Assembly (NCBI GenBank): GCA_963733195.1
Contig: CAVTCR010000074.1
Span: 64,001-128,000, forward strand
Length of the DNA: 64,000 bases
Reading direction: 5' to 3'
From: an uncultured delta proteobacterium
GTDB lineage: Bacteria; Desulfobacterota; Binatia; Bin18
The notes under the pieces are model-generated. The model had not been told where the DNA came from and ran no database searches. It saw only the letters and a list, made by a program, of their open reading frames with translations. Below are positions 59,550 to 64,000 of the stretch, piece after piece. The translations under genes and the position numbers were made by a program. Position 1 is the stretch's first letter. Each line of letters starts with the position of its first letter.

Positions 59550-60716
59550 ATGAGGAAAAGGTGTGCCATTCTGACCTCGTTCGATCCCTATGTTTTCAAA
59601 GGGGGAATCGAGACCTATACTCGGCAGATGCTCGACGCGCTCCGAGGTTATGGTTGCGCTGTTGATATCTATCACACGCAGTTTCTTCCTGAAGGTGCTG
59701 ACACTCACTCTTCCCCTTCCTCTTTCCACAGCCTTTTCTTAAACAACCTTTCCCAAGTCGGGAGAGCATTCTATCGCGTCGATCATTTGTACGACTTCGT
59801 GATCGCCCATGCGTTCTTCGGTTTCGCCTACTCTCCTCCACGTATCCCAGCATTCACGATTTTTCATTCGACCCATGCACAGTATGCAGAAGCAAATCGC
59901 GAACTGTTCTCAGCCGAGTGGTACTTTGAAGTCAAACACCTCTTTGGCCTCGGTGCCGAACGATTATCTACGGTTGGGAAAAAAGTGATCGCGGTAAGTG
60001 ACGCAGTTGCGCACGAGGTGACCACCCATTACGGGGCTACGGATATCACCACTGTTTTGACAGGAGTGGACCAGACGGTTTTCTTTCCGCGGCCATATAA
60101 GAAAGAGCTACGCGACCAGTTTGCTATTCCACGGGACGCGTTCGTAGGAGTGTTCCTTGCACGTTGGGGCGTCGACAAAGCCGTCGATGTTTTGCAGGAG
60201 ATCATGGAGGCAACCCCAGGCGTTTTCTGGGTACTGATCCTCGGCACTGGAGCACCGTGTCCTTTGCAAGGAAGGCCAAATACCAGGATTATTGAAAATA
60301 TCGAACGCAGTGAAGTCGCGGCGATTCTTTCGTGTGCGGATTTCCTTCTCCATCCCTCACGATACGAAGGTTTTGGCTTAGCCATTGCGGAAGCACTCGC
60401 CTGTGGCCTCCCTGTTATTGCCGCACCTGTTGGGGTTGCACAGTCGGTTCTCCAGAATCCACCGTTACAGTCGTTGTTGCTCCCTCCTTACAACGAAGGA
60501 AAACAACGCGTGATGACTACAGCAATTGAGGCGATTTCACGGTTGCGGAAAGACGCAGGCTTACATAACGCCTGTGCTGCAGCAGGCCTGGAGGTTGCGA
60601 GCCAGTCACTGACTCTGACGCAGTGGGAGCACGCGCTCCTCACTACTCTCGGCCTCACTGCAGAAAAAAGCGCTGAGGTACAACCTCCCTTGCCAAAAGA
60701 AGGATACGCATCGTGA
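59550..60716 (+). CDS. GT4 glycosyltransferase
   Basis: GGIETY, IAVS, GVD...F, K, PSRYEGFGL..AEA.ACG.PVI; start could be 59529. Confidence 0.9.
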   Translation: MRKRCAILTSFDPYVFKGGIETYTRQMLDALRGYGCAVDIYHTQFLPEGADTHSSPSSFHSLFLNNLSQVGRAFYRVDHLYDFVIAHAFFGFAYSPPRIPAFTIFHSTHAQYAEANRELFSAEWYFEVKHLFGLGAERLSTVGKKVIAVSDAVAHEVTTHYGATDITTVLTGVDQTVFFPRPYKKELRDQFAIPRDAFVGVFLARWGVDKAVDVLQEIMEATPGVFWVLILGTGAPCPLQGRPNTRIIENIERSEVAAILSCADFLLHPSRYEGFGLAIAEALACGLPVIAAPVGVAQSVLQNPPLQSLLLPPYNEGKQRVMTTAIEAISRLRKDAGLHNACAAAGLEVASQSLTLTQWEHALLTTLGLTAEKSAEVQPPLPKEGYAS

Positions 60717-61771
60717 ACACTGGGTTGCCACCGGCACAGCGGATCTTGGTTCTTGCCCCACACCCGGACGATGAAAGTCTGAGTTGCGGAGGTACGATTG
60801 TTCGCTATGTCAGGGATGGTGCAGTCGTCAGCCTCTTAGTAGTCTCGGACGGAGCAGCGATTGAAGAACCAGATGGGTACCACGAAGATGTGGTCGCTAT
60901 CCGTAGGCAAGAACTGACAGCCGCAGCAGCGATCCTCGGCATCTCACAGCTTCACGAAGTGGAACTTCCAGATGGCCAGCTCGTTCATCACCCAGGAAGA
61001 ATCCGAGAAGCTATTCACGCGCAGCTCGCCGATTTTCGGCCTGACCTTGTCCTGGCTCCGTCTCCCATCGATGGACATAGCGATCACGTTACTGTTGGTC
61101 GCATTACGCTCCAGCTTTTTCGTGAAACTCCGGGATGGACGTTGGCTTTCTATGAGGGGCTTGCCCCTCTCCGTTTCAATTGGCTGGTAGAAATTACCGA
61201 GGTCGCTCCTCTAAAAGAAAAAGCTATTCACTGCTATCAACGTAGCCTTTTCCAACAGCCAACGCTCTTCTGGGAGGCATTTCATGCACTCAATGTAGCG
61301 AAATCAGCTTTTGTCCATCGTCCTGGTCTTTTTGAAGCCCTCTGGGTGTTACATACTCCGCCCACAGATTACGAGATTATCGAGTGGGCAACCTATGGTT
61401 TTCAGCCGCACGATAACGGACAGCCTACATTACGAACAGTCCAGCAGATTGATGAACTACTGTTTGCCCTACAAGAGAAGGCAACAACCCTTGCTGATGT
61501 GCAGAAACGACACGACGCACTTCAGCGTGAGAATACTGAGCTTCAGCGTCAATTGCACGAACAAGTGGCCGTAGACACTGCCTTGCGACAAACTGTTGAA
61601 TCACGCACTCAAGGATTCCAGCAAGAGCGCAGCCAATTTTCCTTAAAGTTTCCGCCGTTCCTTCGTCACCACGTCGAGCGTGCGTTTCCTCCCGGTTCAC
61701 CCCGGCGTGCAGTGCTGGATGCTGTGAAGCGCCGTATCATTCAATACACGTCAAAATCACCAAGTGAGTAG
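60713..61771 (+). CDS. PIG-L/LmbE family N-deacetylase with C-terminal coiled coil
   Basis: APHPDDE..CGG, RRQE, D.H.DH, K..A..CY.S; heptad tail. Confidence 0.9.
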   Translation: MNTGLPPAQRILVLAPHPDDESLSCGGTIVRYVRDGAVVSLLVVSDGAAIEEPDGYHEDVVAIRRQELTAAAAILGISQLHEVELPDGQLVHHPGRIREAIHAQLADFRPDLVLAPSPIDGHSDHVTVGRITLQLFRETPGWTLAFYEGLAPLRFNWLVEITEVAPLKEKAIHCYQRSLFQQPTLFWEAFHALNVAKSAFVHRPGLFEALWVLHTPPTDYEIIEWATYGFQPHDNGQPTLRTVQQIDELLFALQEKATTLADVQKRHDALQRENTELQRQLHEQVAVDTALRQTVESRTQGFQQERSQFSLKFPPFLRHHVERAFPPGSPRRAVLDAVKRRIIQYTSKSPSE

Positions 61772-62670
61772 TAGAAATGCTTAGCGAGCCAAGCCGCATT
61801 GAGCCGTTGGTCAAACAAGCGACATTCCAGCCAATGTTCGGTATCTTCGTCGCGGTAACATGCTGAACCGCACAGAAAGTGGCGTTCCCACGAAAACGGT
61901 GGAAACCATCCTTCTAACACCGCCGCGCCTTCGTCCTGTGCGACGTTTTCCACTCCGGCCAGTAACTGTTGCGGAAGGGTTTCGTCATCACGGGCAACTA
62001 AGAACTCCATAAGTCGCGCCGTTTCCTTCTGAACTCCAACCACAGCTAACGCCGGCGCTGCAGGAATGGTCACTAGACGATAGTGGCGGTCCGGCCGCGC
62101 AAGATATCGCCACGAGAGATATGCCTGATCACGACAGGTCCCTATACTCACATGCTGTCTCAGATGGTGCCACTGACTGTCCCAATTCAGCGGCAGTACA
62201 TCATACACCGCGTCAGCAGGGGGACTTCCAGAGGGAAGGGAAGAGAGAGCTTTGAACACTTTGTGAACACGGGTAACAGGTTCATAGCCAACGAGCAGCT
62301 CACCGAGGCGTTTATGGCGTTCGGTCGGAAAACCATAGAGAAAAAGCCCCTGCCCCTCGCACAGCTCTCGCATAAACGCGAGCACGGTCTGCCGGAACAG
62401 CCCTCGACCTTGCTTGTGTGGATGAGCCATCACATCAATCGCATCCCACGCGTAGTGCTCCACCCCGTGCCAATGGACGCGCTGGCGGATTGTGCCGTAG
62501 TGACAGACAATTTCCCCATCCTCTTCAGCCACGAACGCAGGGGGGGCATTACTATCACGGAGGTATTTCCAGCGCCACACTGCCGGTGACATTTCGCTCT
62601 GGAAGACAAGCGAGAACAGCCGTAAAATTCCGGCTTCATCTTCAGCGGTGGCGGGGCGAATAACTGCCAT
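61741..62670 (-). CDS. GNAT family N-acyltransferase
   Basis: IRPA, W.WKY, D.M.HP..QGRGLF, YGFP, R...YL.WRY, GD.D. Confidence 0.85.
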   Translation of the reverse strand: MAVIRPATAEDEAGILRLFSLVFQSEMSPAVWRWKYLRDSNAPPAFVAEEDGEIVCHYGTIRQRVHWHGVEHYAWDAIDVMAHPHKQGRGLFRQTVLAFMRELCEGQGLFLYGFPTERHKRLGELLVGYEPVTRVHKVFKALSSLPSGSPPADAVYDVLPLNWDSQWHHLRQHVSIGTCRDQAYLSWRYLARPDRHYRLVTIPAAPALAVVGVQKETARLMEFLVARDDETLPQQLLAGVENVAQDEGAAVLEGWFPPFSWERHFLCGSACYRDEDTEHWLECRLFDQRLNAAWLAKHFYYSLGDFDVY

Positions 62671-62732
62671 GAAGGCATCAGCGGCTATGGGCGACTGCTA
62701 CACGCTTCATCACCTACACTTTGCAATCTGTC

Positions 62733-63863
62733 TCATCTTTGTCGGTTATCACTGTCTTTCACCGGCTTCTGCAAGAGAAACACGTCCTGATTGGCATCTT
62801 TGGCCCCACCAGGAACAAAATCGATGACAATCAATTCTCTCGCTAACACGTCACGAACATACGCTTCTGGATGATAGGCCGTACAATGATTGCTGCCGGA
62901 GAGTTCAGGGCTATACACCACCATTTCTCCCGCCGCAAACCGTTGTTGTTGGGCAAGCGGCAACGAGGAAATATGGGTTGCGCCGTGGACAGTCAAAAAC
63001 AGAATTCCCCCAGGTTTCAATACCCGTGACAATTCGGCCATCCAGGCAAACTGCAATGACGCTTCTAGGTGCGTAAAAATGGAAATGGTATACACCAAAT
63101 CGAATTGAGCATCGGCATAGGAAAGTGGCGGCGATAATTCGTTGGTAGAAAACTGCGCAAAGGGAAACGCATTTCGACACCAGCCGATGAGATACGGATT
63201 GTAGTCGGTGCCAAAAAGCTTTGGGCCGTTAAGGGTCTGCCAGTGACGTATCACGCGCCCACAACCACAACCAAAGTCGAGAATAGTGTCGAACCGATTG
63301 ATATCGAAACCATTCTTGTTGAGCAGCCCTCTGATGCAGCGTGCACCGAGCAACCCACTCCAGTAAAATGGCTGGACCTGTGGCATTCCTGTCACCAACG
63401 CTACCAACTCAGGAGGCGGCAGGGGAAGACCGTCCGGTGCACCTTGCGCTCTCCATTCAACATCTGGTGGTTCTTGCAAAGCGAATACAACGCCGATGTT
63501 CTCCTCATGACACGTCATTCGATACTGTTGCTCAATGTACTGCTTGAATTGCACATGCAAGGCGAACCATTCCCAGGCAGACGCTGCAACTAGGAGAAAC
63601 GCGGCCCCCTTGTTACGTAACGCCTCTATCTGGGCAATTATCGTACGATCGTCGGAAGGTATAGCGCTACTGCTCGCCAACACCAACGGCCATACGGTAT
63701 GCTCTTCGCAGCGCAAGAGATTTGGAGTTTCCTGGGTAAGGAGGATGACTGTGGCATTATGAGGAAGCGAAAAGCGGAGGAGCCGTCGCAATCCTTCCCC
63801 ACGAGACAGATCCTCACCCTCTCGTGTATGGTCCGCAAGACCGGGTGCCAGCAGATCTTCCAT
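62733..63863 (-). CDS. Class I SAM-dependent methyltransferase with N-terminal accessory domain
   Basis: PLPP..L, ILDFGCGCGR, D.N, FDLV..ISIFTHL, EL.RVLKPGG; AGGAG RBS. Confidence 0.88.
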   Translation of the reverse strand: MEDLLAPGLADHTREGEDLSRGEGLRRLLRFSLPHNATVILLTQETPNLLRCEEHTVWPLVLASSSAIPSDDRTIIAQIEALRNKGAAFLLVAASAWEWFALHVQFKQYIEQQYRMTCHEENIGVVFALQEPPDVEWRAQGAPDGLPLPPPELVALVTGMPQVQPFYWSGLLGARCIRGLLNKNGFDINRFDTILDFGCGCGRVIRHWQTLNGPKLFGTDYNPYLIGWCRNAFPFAQFSTNELSPPLSYADAQFDLVYTISIFTHLEASLQFAWMAELSRVLKPGGILFLTVHGATHISSLPLAQQQRFAAGEMVVYSPELSGSNHCTAYHPEAYVRDVLARELIVIDFVPGGAKDANQDVFLLQKPVKDSDNRQR

Positions 63864-64000
63864 ATCTCCTTCCTGTGACATCAGGGTGCTCTCTCTTTTA
63901 CACCGGAGAGGAGGCTTTCCGCCATCGCCACTGTTGCACGAGTCGCAAGTCCGGCAACGAAAAGAGTCGAGCAAAAAATTCTCCGTCTCTGAGTTGCGCC

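Overview
Bacterial chromosomal segment with deltaproteobacterial-style gene content; assignment to a Binatia-like lineage is only an impression. About 55 CDS; no rRNA, tRNA, CRISPR array or transposase was seen. The main result is an ~11-13 kb cluster (12996-25737) that looks like a bacterial sphingolipid pathway. It has serine palmitoyltransferase, a GNAT ceramide synthase and an SDR ceramide reductase, plus counterparts of the Caulobacter ceramide-phosphoglycerate head-group enzymes (NTP-transferase, CDP-alcohol phosphotransferase, DAGK-family kinase, and a CpgC-like protein with Tam41-type motifs). Extra genes in the cluster are a secreted AttH/Svf1-like lipocalin candidate, a desaturase, a metallophosphoesterase, an 8-Cys zinc finger and a Tat-motif flavin amine oxidase. 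Other blocks: housekeeping genes (trpS, pdxJ, argE, lgt, dtd, trmL); an HDOD/GAF-kinase operon whose kinase has a degenerate ATP-binding domain; an iron locus with two Fur-like palindromes (ferritin-like gene, Com-like zinc finger, apbE remnant with a deletion scar); ABC transporters; and a ~20 kb surface-glycan locus (ligase, priming transferase, many GT2/GT4 including fusions with coiled-coil repeat tails, methyltransferases, PIG-L deacetylase). Eight genes each carry a single +1 frameshift, most likely sequencing errors. REP-like palindromes and heptamer repeats are common, some in frame inside coding linkers. All calls come from motif recognition by eye; no database searches were run.
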